Of a DNA stretch of 64,000 nucleotides, positions 1-16,680 are shown in pieces. The stretch is from the human T2T-CHM13v2.0 reference genome, Homo sapiens: NCBI RefSeq assembly GCF_009914755.1, contig NC_060932.1; one strand, given 5' to 3'. The notes under the pieces are model-generated. The model was not told the origin of the DNA, made no database searches, and was given only the letters and a program-made list of their open reading frames with translations. Position 1 is the stretch's first letter. The number at the start of each line of letters is the position of its first letter. Made by a program: the position numbers and the translations under genes.

Positions 1-1837
1 TAATAAACTTAAGATATGTGTGCAGAAGAGTTTATATAAATGTGTAGAGAGACTTAGACATTTGGAAATGTTTAAGCTGAGGTTGAAGAATCTAGAAAAA
101 GGAAGTAGAAAGTAATTTTACAGCCAATAACCTCTGATCTCTTATTTTATTCATATTATAAATGGAGTTTTGATATCTATTTTAAGTTTCCATCTGTTAA
201 TTTACCATGATGTAAATATTAAGCAATGACAATAACACAGAAAGAAAAACAGCAGAATGTTTGTATATATCATATATTCTTCATAAATCATGAAACTTGA
301 AGAATTAATTTAATAATGATTGTTACCTCGGTATTCTATTTTTCTTTTAAAAACTTATTTACTACTGTGCAACTATCTAACAATACATTTTTAGGTGTCA
401 ATAGAGATGAATGTATAACTTGTGCTGACAAAATGCTGCAGGTAACTAGATATAGGATGATAAAATTTATTTATGCTTATAAGCAGCTGTATGGAATCAC
501 ATCAAAATTTATTTACATAGCTCAGTATAAATAATTTTTCTATTATGTTATGTGTCACTTCAAAAAAAATTATAGAATATGTTTGAGATATACCTTTAAT
601 AAAAAACAGCGTATTTTGCTCTTGATTTTAATTTACTATGGCAATTTTTTTTCTAACCATGTTTTAAAATTATATTAATTTGGATATTACTTTAGTTTTC
701 CTAATAATTCTATCAATTAACTGCTCAAGTTTACTTGATTCCGCTGTAACAAGTTCAAGAATAAATGTTTATCTTTTCTGGTAGACACAATTGGCTAAAA
801 AACAATTAATATAGCCAGGGCTTATTAAGGAAAATAAGTAGAATAGCTAAATAGTATATGACACTGTCTAAGTGAACACAACTGGGGAAACAATATTACA
901 CCTAAGAGATTGTGGATAAAAACATTGTTTCAGGAGATGTGTCAATTTAACCAACAATGCTTTAAAATATGGAGGAGAGGAAGAAGGGCATTAAACTGGG
1001 CATACATTTCCTCTAAAATTTAAAAGAAACAGAAAAACATATGAAGAGCACTACATTTCTGAGGTTTTAAATGTACAATAATGGTACCTAAGATGTTTAG
1101 ATATCCTGAATGACCATCCTTCTTCTTCTCTTTTGTATTGCAATTTTGGCTACCAAAGAACACCATTAGCCCAGAAGTGGTCATCTCTTGTACCTTAATA
1201 CCTAATAGGCTTCTAGCTGGGACGGGTCTACAAATATGTAGTTCTCTTGAACTTCAAAAGGCTCTATGTGGTGCACACATTTACAAAATTACTCAAATCC
1301 ATAAGCAGATTCCTTTCAGGGAACACCTCAGCCCTTGCCTTTTAGATGGAATTAAAAGAGCTTTCACCTTGGTATGCACCTGGTGATTAAACCCAGTACC
1401 AGTGCTTAGTTTATATCTGAACCATTCAGTCTCAGCAACTACCCTGGGTTAAAAATGGGATCTAGTGCTATTTCTAATATCCAAATTACTACGTATCTCC
1501 CTGGGACATTTAGGCTGAAATTTCCCTTAGGTTTCCTAAATCAAAAGTAAAATCATACACCGAAATGAGAAATGATAGAAATGCCTGAAAGAGTAATGCC
1601 CATGTGCATGTATGGGTCACAACAAGGCATGATCAATCATCCAGAGCTTTTTGTTTTAGCTTTCCACAGAGTCTTCTCTCTCTCCATGAAGAAAACTAAA
1701 ATATTATGTACCATTTTTCTTGGGAAGAAAGTTGGCAAGAAGAAATCTCACATACTACTGCTTTCATTAGTCAATCATAGACAAATTTAACAGATTTCAT
1801 TAGTCAATCATAAACAAATTTGGAAAGTTGGCAAGAA

Positions 1838-2169
<332 letters not shown>

Positions 2170-2510
2170 CTACTGCTTTCATTAGTCAATCATAAACAAA
2201 TTTAGAGGGCCAAATAGGCCAGGACCTGATTAGTAGTAACTGGCTTTATTATGTTGCTGTTACAACGGGCATTGGAACACTAGGTTTTTCTTGCAGAATA
2301 TTGGTGGATTCTTTTGAAACCCCATGTGGCCTTTTGTACCAAATTGTTTTCTGAACCAGGTGATACACAGGCTGACCTTCTTAGAAATTCAGTGAGCTTT
2401 GGTTGCTAAAAGCTAATAACCCCTTGAAAATCCCCCATTAAGAAAGCATAAGCCAGGCTTCTTTTCATTCACTGGATATTGACACCTCCTAGTCATCCCA
2501 AGAACTATGA

Positions 2511-2930
<420 letters not shown>

Positions 2931-4191
2931 TCTTTGCGTGTGTTGAAACTCCTTGTGACAGATGCTAAGATCACGCTTTTGTTTTACCCTCTCATTACTA
3001 CTCTGTTTTATTGTATCAGAAGAGATCTGTGAATTTCTGAAGCTCAATTCCTCCTTCTTTCAGTCTCATTAATTTCTATATATGTGTTTTTTGCCTTGGC
3101 CTTCTCACTTTGGTTCTGGTGTAGTAGAGATGTAAGAGGAAGCCCTCTAAGCTAATAACACATAACATGGAAAAGTCCCTAATTCATTCAATTCCCTTTA
3201 GGCCTTTATTTTAGTGTTTATATGCAGACTGGTTAGGGAGTACGAAAAGATTTCTCTTAGTTTACTTTGTATAGTTTGAGAGTCCTTTTGCCTATTGTCC
3301 TCAGCTGTGAAGCCCCGGCTGCCTTTCTGAGACAGTAAACATATCAAATTTAAAATTCTGTTACGAATACAGTCTCAATTTTTCTGTGATGGTTGAATCA
3401 ATTTTTCAGTTTTGCCATCAATCTGCAATTCCATAACCAGCAACAAGTAGGCCTTTATCTAGTGTTCTTATGATCCACTCTATGGGCTTCTTCTCCCTCT
3501 TCCTGTTTGCTGGTTATTTCTCAAATTGTGAAAAAATATAAAACATGAAAATCTGCAGTTTTCTTATGTGTAAAGTCTTCCTTAATGCTCCTTTTCATCA
3601 GACACCTTCCAAGATCTGGGACAAAAACAGGTACCCCTGTTAATATTCACATTTTTCAGACTAACACAAATAGGTGCAATTCCATTGCTAGAGATTCTGA
3701 AAAGGAATTGATGTTAAGAGTCTGATAATGTTTTAAATGTTTCTCCACCATCACTACTTTTAATTATCCAGAATTATTTTCCAAGTTCACAGCCCCTACC
3801 CACCAAGCAGTTAACTTTTCCCATTCTTTCCAAATACTTTAACTAAAACCATCCTTGCATGTTTGCTAATATTTCCACCCTTCCTTCTTCCAAAACATAG
3901 AGATTTTTGGCTTCCTATAGAATCTAATTAACTTCACCTGTATTCAAACTCCCACATTCTACGTAGATACCACATAAAAAACTCTGTTATCCCTTTTATG
4001 CTCAGTCTCATCCTTTTTGCTACTTCTTACATAAACATTTAGATATCCTGGCATTGGGGAACATTGAAAAATAAATGTTTTATCCTAAGACAATCGATTT
4101 CCAACTTAAGCTGTGAAAGCCACAGATTCTCTAAGGGGTTTTAAAAGGAGAATTTCTTCCATTGTAGCCTGGAATATACTAACAAAACTCA

Positions 4192-4520
<329 letters not shown>

Positions 4521-6009
4521 AATCTGGAAGGGATTCAAAGGACAACAGATACTCAGTCTTAAAAATCTGATATCACTAAGATAGGTCCTTAAAGGAAGCT
4601 TAGAACCTGGACTTGGGAAACCTAAAAATCCTATATTCCCTTATTTTCTTGAAACTTACTTGCCTATAATTGCAGTCATTTAGAACAATCTCCCTCTTGC
4701 TTAGGGATCCTGTAATCACCTCAGCTAAAGCAGGTGCCTCACATGATGAGTCTTTTCCACGTCAAGATCTGGCCCCTACACTTCTAATTGCCTCCATGCC
4801 AAATAATCAGAGTCAAGTCTAAACATGGTTTGATTGGAGAAGTACAGACTCTAATCTATAAAGAAATAGTCATTATGCCAAGGAAACCACAGGAACTGGC
4901 TAATAACTGCTGACAATAATGAACAATAATGAAGGAAACAGGCACAAGAGTGCACTTTGAGTGTTTTCGACTGGAAATTTAAGATTGTAATGCTAGATAG
5001 GTAAGAATAAATTGACAAAAGTTAATGACTGGCAATTTAATATTCTGACAATGACACCTGGCCTCAAATCACCTTGCTCCTTGAGGACTGGATGGAGCAA
5101 TAGCCTACCATAAATTAGATGGAGGGCCCAATAACATTTTTGGCATCTCTTTGAAGATGAATTCAGAAGGTTCAAGGAGGAGGGGGTGTTGCTGTGGATT
5201 TATTTTGTAGGAACTGAGAACACAATATTTGACTTTTCTCTGGAAGGACTCAGAGCACAATCATTTCCCTGAATTACTAGAAAATGCACTGGTGAAGGGA
5301 CACTGACACCTTTGTGAAGCTAGTTGTCCTCTGCAGGTTGGAGAAAGTGGGAGGTGCTTCTGTAGAATTGTGCATAGCATTCTGCAGTGTGAGAGTCTAA
5401 GTAATGTTGCCACTTAGGCAACATTACCACTTGTTGATAGTAGACATCAACGAAGAGTGAAAATTATAGCAATTTAGGGTAAAGGCCAATAGATCATACT
5501 ATCAGTAAGGGCAAGATAAAGTGTTAGTCAATTGGAAAGTTGCTTAATTTACATAATAATAACAAAATTGATCATGACTAGCAGAAGCTGATATGAGACA
5601 CTGCTGTACCTCACACATTGTCCAGATGCAAGTAAGTTCGGAGACTTAGACCCTGATACTGAGATTGTTTTTCTCTTGATGAAGGAAAGGAACCGATAAT
5701 TCTACTACAAGTAGAAATGGTAAATATTCTTTGATTTTTTTCATAAAAGAATCTGTAATCGTTTCTTAGAATAACTATGCAGTAAGGAAAGGAGAATAGC
5801 CACATTTTTTATTTCTTTTAGATAAGAGTTCTGAATTGACACTAATAGCAATCCAAAGGGCCAGGGTAGTCTTTGAGTAACAGTAGAAGCTTATGGAGAC
5901 AAAGTAATAGATAGAAAACAACTTCAAAGCTATCACATCGTGTCTCTGAACCCAGTGTGTGAATATTTTCCTAGTTATAAATATATAATTTAGAAATATA
6001 TATATATAC

Positions 6010-6300
6010 AGTCCAGGCGCAGTGGCCCATGCCTGTAATCCCAGCACTTTGGGAAGCCAAGGCAGGCGGATCATGAGGTCAAGAGATTGAGACCATCCTG
6101 GCCAGCATGGTGAAACCCCATCTCTACTAAAAATACAAAAATTATCTGGCCATGGTGGTGCACACCTGTAGTCCCAGCTACTCTGGAGGCTGTGGCAGGA
6201 GAATCGCTTGAACCTGGGAGGCGGAGGTTGCGGTGAGCCAAGATTGCACCACACTACTCCAGCCTGGTGACAGAGTGAGGCTCCATCTTAAAAAAAAAAA
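6010..6300 (+). mobile_element. AluSc-like SINE inserted in the ERVL protease region
   Basis: gcggatcatgaggtcaagagattgagaccatcctggcc diagnostics and a poly-A tail. Confidence 0.93.
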
Positions 6301-6310
6301 GAAGGAAAGA

Positions 6311-6888
6311 CATATATATATATATATATATTTTTATATATATATATTTATATATATATATTTATATATATATATTTATATATATATTTTTATATATATA
6401 TTTATATATATATTTTTATATATATATATTTATATATATATATTTTTATATATATATTTATATATATATTTTTATATATATATATTTATATATATATTTT
6501 TATATATATATATTTATATATATATATTTATATATATATATTTATATATATATTTATATATATATTTTATATATATATATACACACACACATACATATAT
6601 ATACACATATACATACATACACAAATATGTATTCTCAGGTTGGTGTGTGTGTGTATGTGTGTGTATGTATGTGTGTATATATATGTATGTATATATATGT
6701 GTGTGTGTATGTACATATATATGTGTATATATATACATATACACATATATACATATATACACATATACATATATACATATATACACATATATACATATAT
6801 ACACACACATATATACATATATACACATATATATACATATATATACACATATATACATATATATACACACACATATATATATATATAT
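6311..6888. repeat. Compound (TA)n/(TATATTT)n-(TG/TA)n-(CATATA)n microsatellite, ~580 bp
   Basis: Directly visible low-complexity tract. It generates the IYIY/HIYT ORFs in the track. Confidence 0.97.
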
Positions 6889-8779
6889 TCACAGGTTTGT
6901 ATAATCCTCAACTGTGGGGTGAGGATTAATTCCCTGATCTGAGAAGTGATAATCATTGTAGCAGAAGGGATCAAATAGACACCCCTACATCTTTCCCTCA
7001 CTCAAGCCAAGATAGTAAATCCAAAATTAATATTGCAGAAAAACTTGCACATATTGACTTCATCAACAAAAACTTGAAGGATCTAATTGTGGTAGTCTCG
7101 ATCATATCAACTTACTTCTTTCTATTGTAAAAACCAGATGGATTATGGCAGATAGCTGTTGAGTTTTGTAAGCCTAACCTGATTATAGCTCTGCCACAGA
7201 TAATGCAATCAGATGTTGCAACTGATAAAACTCTTGGTACTTAATACACCTTTCTTGATTTGGCAAATGTTTTTCCTTGATTCTAAGAGGAAGGGAGAAT
7301 CAAAAGCAGTTAAATTTTAATTTGAAAACAGAGCAGCACTTCTTTAGCCTCTTGCTTCAGGGCTCTCTTAACTTGCATTTCTGTGTCATAGAAGAGTCAT
7401 AGAGATCTCCATCATCATAAATTTCACTAATATTACATCGGTTCATTATACTAATGATATAAGGTAATTGAATCCCATAAGCAGAAAGTGTAAAATACAC
7501 TAGATTTTATATCAGCATATATATAAGTGTCAGATGGTAGGTGGTAATTAAAGATTTAGGAACCAAGTACATTGGTGAATGTTTTAAGAGTTTAGTGGCT
7601 GTAGCTGGCAGGACCTTCCCTTTGAAATGAAGGACAAGTTGCTATGCTTCACACCTCCACCAACTAAGAAAAATAATAAGGCGTAGTGAAGTTGTTTTGA
7701 GTTTGTAGGCAGAGCATATAATATTTGGGAATGCTGCTCTGACTTAATTAACAGATGAAGCTGCCTGTTCAAATGGGATGCAGGGAAGCAGAGAGTTCTA
7801 TAGCAGGTCCAGCCAACAAACTGTTTTTCAGCATATTTGAAGGTGCTGGAAGTCTTTGGAGTAGACAAAAATGTTCCAGGAAGTCTCTGGTAAACAGCAA
7901 CAAGTGAGTCACAGTGTATACCTCCAAGGTTCTGGAACAGTCCTATTTTCTGTTGCAAAAATACCCTTATTCAATTACTGACACCCGATAAATAACAATT
8001 ACAAATGATAGGGACCAGTAGAGATTCTCACTATGTTTTATGATGAGGTGACCATAGCAAAAATTCATCGTGTATTGGAAAAAGTATATTCAAGATCAGC
8101 CTCAAGTAGATCCAGAGGGAATGAATAAACACATTTAGAGAAGCACAGATTCCTACATCATGTCTATATGTTGTATTGATAATTCTTCAGTTTAACCTTG
8201 TGGCTCAAGGTAAGGTTCCTTTTGAATTAATGATGGAGAGGAAAAGGACTGGAGACTAGTTCACAGATAAGCCATTACCCTATATTAACAATAGAAAGAA
8301 ATAGCCTCTTACCCTATCACATCCCCTGACCCAACCCTAATATTAACCCTTTAAATATAGAACATATAACATTGAAATACTTCTCAATACCCTGAAAATC
8401 AGTGTTGAAGGAAAATATTCTTTAGGTATTGCTGCAAGCAATAATTATGGTCATCCAAAAGTCTAAGAGGGAGAAATGGTTTGATATATGGATATACACG
8501 GACTTCCAGGAAGTAGAAAATGACTTGACCATTTGGTCAGAAATCAGGAAAAAACAGCACTGGAAGACCAGGAACAAGGAAATCTGAGGAACAGAAATGC
8601 AGATGGCCATAAGGGAGTAAGCCTAAGAAGGTGGGCCACTGAAGGACATTCTCAACAATTAGGTGGATAGTGTGATTCATGCTACGTACCCATGCCAGCA
8701 AACTTCTCTTCTTGGGTAATCCAGTGGTCATAAAATGGGTCCATAAGAAAATTTGCCATGGCTCAGTAGTTGCAAAAAT

Positions 8780-8960
8780 GAATACTATTTTCAGTCTGAT
8801 TCTACAGGAAAGCTTTACAACAAAATCTGCACTTCAGTTAGTTTTGGTTGAGATAGAAGTTGGCATGAAAACTTCCTGGGTAAGATAAGATGGCTCCTTA
8901 AGAAGGACCATTTTCTGGAGAAGGGAGAAGCTGTGAATTGTCATCAAATGTACCTAGTTA
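8780..8960. mobile_element. Old MaLR (MLT1-like) LTR fragment
   Basis: ttttctggagaagggagaagctgtgaattgtcatc resembles the MLT1 motif GGAGAAGGGGGCAGCTGTGAGC. Confidence 0.45.
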
Positions 8961-9712
8961 AAAAAAAATCTGGTTGGGGTAAGAACAACATTCAACATAG
9001 ACATAAAATATAAAGCTTATGTCATAGTAGTACCATAACTTCTCCCCTTAATACATATTGATCACAATCCAAAAGAGGATGAAACGTTAGACAAATTATA
9101 CTGGTCAAAGAAAACCCCACAAACATAAAGGGCATAAGAAACATTGGAAATTCTCTGCCACAAAGAATCATTTTCAATTGTCCTTTTGTTTTTGCTATTA
9201 TTTTGTTTGTTTGTCATATGATTTGAACATTGTTTTGTTAGGACAATTATTTATTCTGGTATACTGTCTTTACAAAGATTTCCTTTTGAAATTCACTGTG
9301 GATTTCTGAAAGTATTTTATACTGAAAATGTATTTTATATTAAATAAAACAAAATAATAATAATATGAGTTTATAGTTAATTCATGGACATCAAAGTAAT
9401 TTCTAAAAATATTTTTCTTCACCTACAATGAACTACTTGTCTACTCTTGCCATGTTACTAGTTTGATGTCTCCAGAATGCTTTTTGGTAGTTTGTCTTGT
9501 TTTTTTGAAGATCACATAATCCACCCCTCTTTTATCCCCTGTAAGTCAGTTTAAATATTGAACTTCTGAATCATGCACCATTTTCAGGTATCTCTAACTT
9601 CTTGCTGAAAATTGCTTAATATGAGGACAATAGCCAAAAGGCATTCTAGGACACTACCTAAGATAATAACTTTCAAACATATAGAAACTTGCCTTCTGAC
9701 TCTCACGTAATA

Positions 9713-9840
9713 ATACATGTGCACAGCATAACAACGTTTTGGTCACCAACAAATCACATTGACCATCAGCCCCATTAGAGTGTAATGGAGCTGAAAAAAT
9801 CCTGTCACCTAGTGACATCTTAGCTGTAGTAACATTGTAG
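9713..9840. mobile_element. Tigger3/MER7-type DNA transposon terminal fragment
   Basis: gcataacaacgttttggtcacc...taatggagctgaaaaaatcctgtcacctagtgacat matches the Tigger3a end. Truncated on the right. Confidence 0.75.
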
Positions 9841-11078
9841 GGATAACAGGTGTGCGACATCATACCTGGCTTAGGTTGGCGCCAAAGTAATTGCAGCTTC
9901 TGACTGTGAATTTTAAATCATTATAACTAGGCTCAGACACATCTTTATCAGTCAAAATAAGAAACCTTACAATCAACACATTTTTGCCAACAAGAAATAA
10001 GTTTCTTTATTTCTGTTGTGTAAAAATCTGTGCTTCGAGTTTTGACAAACTCTTGGAAAGCATTTTCTGCATCCTGCTGGTTATGGAAGCGTTTTTCCTA
10101 CAAAAAAGTTGTCAAGCTGCTTGAAGAAGTGGCAGTCAGTTGACAATAAGTCAGGTGAATATGGTGGATGAGGCAAAACTTTGTAGCCCCATTTGTTAAA
10201 CTTTTGAAGCATTGATTTTGCAATGTGCAGTTAGGCATTGTCATGGAGAAGAATTAGGCCCTTTCTGTTGACCAATGCTGGCTGCATTTCAGTCTGATTC
10301 TACAGGAAAGATTTACAACAAAATCTGCACTTCAGTTAGTTTTGGTTGAGATAGAAGTTGGCATGAAAACTTCTTGGGTAAGGTAAGATGGCTCCTTAGG
10401 AAGGACCATTTTCTGGAGAAGGGAGCAGCTTCAGTGCATCACGTCGATTTGCTGAGCATACTTCTCAGATGTAACGGTTTTGCCGGGATTCAGAAAGCTG
10501 TAGTGGATCAGACCGGCTGAAGACCAGCAAATATTGACCATGACCATTTTTTGGTGAGAATTTGGCTTTGGGAAGTGCTTTGGAGCTTCTTCTCGGTCCA
10601 GCCATTGAGCTGTTCATTGCCAGTTGTCATATAAAATCCACTTTTAGTTGCATGTCATGATCCAATTGAGAAATGCTTTGGTGTTGCATAGAATAAAAGA
10701 AGACAACACTTCAAAATGATGATTTATCTTTATTTTAGGTTAGATCGTAAGGCACTGACTTACTGAGCTTTTTTACCTTTCTAATTTTCTTCAAGTGCTG
10801 AATGACCGGAGAATGGTGGATATGAAGTTTTTCGGCAACTTCTCCTGTAGTTGTAAGAGGATCAGCTTTAGTGATTGCTCTTAATTGGTCATTGTAAACT
10901 TCCCATGGCCAGCCACTAAGCTCCTCGTCTTCAAGGCTCTTGTCTTCTTTGCAAAACTTCTTGGACCACCACTGCAATGTACATTCATTAGCAGTTCCTG
11001 GGCCAAAGGCATTGTTGATGTTGTGAGTTGTCTCCGCTGCTTTACAACCCATTTTGAACTTGAATAAGAAATATCTCT

Positions 11079-13695
<2,617 letters not shown>

Positions 13696-13914
13696 GAAAA
13701 TCTCTCGAATTTGCTTTTTGTCTAACATCATTTCCATAGTCTAAAATCACCATAAAATAAACAGTGAGTAATAAGTCATTAGTAAAAAAACATAAAATGA
13801 GAAATCCTCATTCAAAGGATGTATAACATAACCACATTTATTTAAGAATGATTTCCGATATCAAATGACAAATTCCAACAAGGCAAAAACCACAATTACA
13901 CTTGTACCAAACTA

Positions 13915-14037
13915 TTTTTAGTAGAGAGGGTTTTGCCATGTTGGCCAGGCTGGTCTTGAACCCCTGGCCTCAGGTGATCCCCATGCTTTGGCCCCGCAAA
14001 GGGCTGAGATTACAGGTGTGAGCCACCGTGCCTGGAC
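13915..14037 (-). mobile_element. Alu left-arm remnant. Its continuation lies at ~9841-9870, on the other side of Hsmar1
   Basis: tttttagtagag...gattacaggtgtgagccaccgtgcctgg. 9841-9870 (ggataacaggtgtgcgacatcatacctggc) is the adjoining Alu right-arm piece. Confidence 0.85.
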
Positions 14038-15009
14038 ACAAATCAAAATTATCTATACTGGGCTTCAATCCTGTTCTTCAGACTTATCATGGGTCAATGT
14101 TATCCTTTAGTTAGCTGAGTTTTAACTGGGTGAAATCTATGGTGGATACGGTGGCTCTATCCTCAGATAAGCATCAATTGTACCGTGTCAAGACATGCAA
14201 ATATATCAAGTCTCCGAAGTCCTCAACTCCTTATGAAAATTCTTTTCTACAACAATGTTTACCTTTGTAGCATTTCAGGTGAGTGGAGTCCATGATTCTT
14301 TAGAGTTTATGGATATTCATCTATAGGTGGGAACTTAGGCACAGCTACCCCTGGAGACTCTTGACATTGCTCACGCTTAGAACTACAGATTTATTTGAGC
14401 TGCATAGATTTTAAACCCAATAAGCAATGCAATATTCTCAGATCTGCTGTTTGGGAAGGGGCTATAATTATACTCTCATTGATTTGAGATTATTTAAATA
14501 GGTTTTTCATATACACATTATAGATCACTATCCTTTTGAAAAGGGAAAATAGTGATAATCACATATTAATAAGTTTGAGCTCCTCAGAATAAATGATCTA
14601 TATGAATTGAAGGTATTGTTGTAAACATTAGATATATAATAAAAATACATAGAATGAAGCAGTGAAGCCCTGGAAAATCTCTGCATTTAGCTTAGATTGA
14701 GCAACAATCAATAATTATATGCAAATTAGTCTTTTATTCAATATACCCAACCTGCATAACATTTGTAGTGTAAATCAGTACATACCGTAGAATTAAAAAC
14801 CCTTAGGATAGCTAGTGGCCAGAACATTTCTTGCATGCATGATGTCTCAAGAAAGTACATTTAGCCTGGTTGCACCAACAATTGCTATTTTGTATAAACT
14901 GCCAAAAAAATTCATCCAATCACACTCCACTTAATTTCACTTAATTTTAATCACAGTATACTTGCATGGACAGGTTTCTTTTGAACACTGATTTATTCTC
15001 TAAATGGAG

Positions 15010-15130
15010 AGGCATGGTTGTTATTTAAGATCTAATGTTCCCTGCTGGTCACATTTGGGAGGCTTTCCAACAGCAGGACACGATTGTTATTTAAGATCTA
15101 ACATGCCTCGCCGGTCACATTTGGGAGCTG
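15010..15130. repeat. Two-copy imperfect tandem repeat, 66-bp period
   Basis: ttgttatttaagatctaa...ggtcacatttgggag occurs at 15018 and 15084. Confidence 0.9.
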
Positions 15131-15684
15131 TTTCTGGCTGTACTGATGCTTTTGCCTGCCTGGAAAATAATGTGCCAGCACCAGAAAAATTGCACAAATT
15201 ATTTAATGTCTCTGTGGACCCTTCCAGAATTAAGCTAAGCCCTTTTTTTCTTCCTTTTCTAATTAAAATGCTGAGTGAAGGGAGCATATATATACATAGT
15301 GAACAAGCCTTTGTAGCTCTTTATTTTGGGCATACTTTAAAACTTAATAGAATACTGAATAGCAAAATCAAGCAAGTTATAAGGTACGCATTAACTGAGT
15401 AAAGTGGTACTTGAACACTAGGTTTGTCTTCTGAGTGAAAAAATCACAAGCAGAATCTCCAAAGTAATCATGTAACATTCCAAACTTGTGAAGTGGATGA
15501 TGTTCATCTGGGCAAGTCCATAGCACCAAATCTTTTGTACTTTATATGTTTTAATAAAGTCACCCCTTGCAGCTAAGGATCCAGGGAAATAATTACTTTT
15601 ACCTGTCTTCTAGAGTTGTTAAATCATGCTCTGGGCTCTGGTGTAGCACTAAAATAAAAACATGGAAGAAGTTTACTCTGCTAT

Positions 15685-16480
15685 TTGATTTTTAACTGAG
15701 TCATACTTTTTATATAATAAAATGCCCAGGTCTTAAGTTTTCAACGTGATGAGCTTTGAAGTTGTATAAACCCATGTAACCACCACCCACCCAATAAAAG
15801 ATATATAACATTTTCATCATCTAAAAGGTCTCTTGTACTCCTCTCTAGTCAATATCACCTACCTGTAACCAAGGAGGCAACCATGGTGTGATTTGTACCA
15901 CGTGGATTAATTTCTGTTGTTTTTGGAATTCGAGAATGAAATTGGATAGGATGCATTATTGTCTGTCTGACTTTTTTCCCTCAGCATAATAATTTCGAGA
16001 TTAATCCACGTTACTGCTCTATATCAGCAATTCATTCTCTCATATTATTATTAAATAAATATATCAAACTATGTATTTAACCAATTTCTTCTTGATGAAT
16101 TTTTTTCTTTTTCTTTTTGGACTATATAAATAAAGCTTCTACAAACATTATTGTTGGCATATGTTTTAATTCTCTTGGCAAAATATTTCTAATGAAATTG
16201 CTGAATCATTGGCCAGATATATGTTTAACTTTTTAATAAATCACCCTAATTTTCCCCAGGATGGTGTTATTTCATGTTCCAGTAAGCAATATGTAAGTTT
16301 TCCGGTTGCTCCAAATTCTTGCCAATATTAGGTAATATAAGGCTGCTTAATTTTCATCATTCTAGAGTATGCAAAATAGTGTCCCAATCTACTTTTTTTT
16401 CATTTAGTTGATGACTATGGGTATTGAACACACTTTCATGTGTTTTTTAACCACTTCTGTATCTACATTCATGGATGTGT
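15685..16480 (-). mobile_element. Old L1M (L1MD/L1ME-like) 3' end. Continues at ~18658-19880
   Basis: Typical antisense L1M 3' motifs (cccatgtaaccaccacc, ttgctccaaattcttgccaata). Colinear with the fragment right of the pseudogene. Confidence 0.75.
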
Positions 16481-16482
16481 AA

Positions 16483-16680
16483 AATTTTTAACCCTTTGGC
16501 AAAGACACATAATAAGAAAAAATACTTTCAAGATAGCAAAACCTTCAATCAAATATGCATACACCCACACATATTTTAAAAGAATAAATGAACACAAAAT
16601 TTGATGCTGATTAAGATTTTTAACTACATAGATTAGCCCCACTTAAAAGGTAGCATTTTATAATGTATTTAGAATCACAA
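16483..16680. mobile_element. Probable hAT-Charlie MITE (Charlie4-like)
   Basis: tttttaaccctttggcaaagacacataataagaaaaatacttt ... agcccacttaaaaggtagc...tttagaatcac resembles the Charlie4z termini. Highly decayed. Confidence 0.45.

Larger units (their letters stand above)
4560..8770 (+). mobile_element. Decayed ERVL-class (HERVL/ERV3-16/ERVL-E-like) internal region: gag-protease-RT-RNaseH, truncated at the start of integrase
   Basis: Manual translation gives ERVL-like motifs in the correct order. gag: QDLAPTLLIAS..IIRVKS (~4763). Protease: [23 protein letters not shown] (5768-5847), cf. RVTVHWGKGN..LLDTGSELTLI. RT: KPDGLWQIAVEF (~7130), LGT*YTFLDLANVF (~7233), LLLQGSLN and VHYTNDI (7441, the YIDD equivalent). 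RNaseH: FTD and IYTDFQEVEN. Then VVIKWVHKKICHG (~8724). Many stops and frameshifts. Interrupted by an Alu and a microsatellite at 6010-6890. The left boundary is approximate. Confidence 0.85.

Noticed and set aside
395-441. Possible 47-nt + strand exon (tttttAG|gtgtc...gcag|GTAACT, peptide GVNRDECITCADKMLQ)
   Set aside because: Short pyrimidine tract, unrecognised peptide and no partner exons. Such site pairs are common by chance.
6233-7001. Several 85-223 aa ORFs rich in I/Y/H/T/V/C
   Set aside because: These are translations of the microsatellite, not genes.
14168-14284. Strong donor CAG|GTGAGT at ~14278
   Set aside because: Only weak upstream acceptors and no coding signal. Unsupported without expression data.
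15004-15402. 132-aa ORF with the repeated peptide CYLRSN..SHLG
   Set aside because: The repetition is explained by a DNA-level 66-bp duplication, and there is no recognisable domain.
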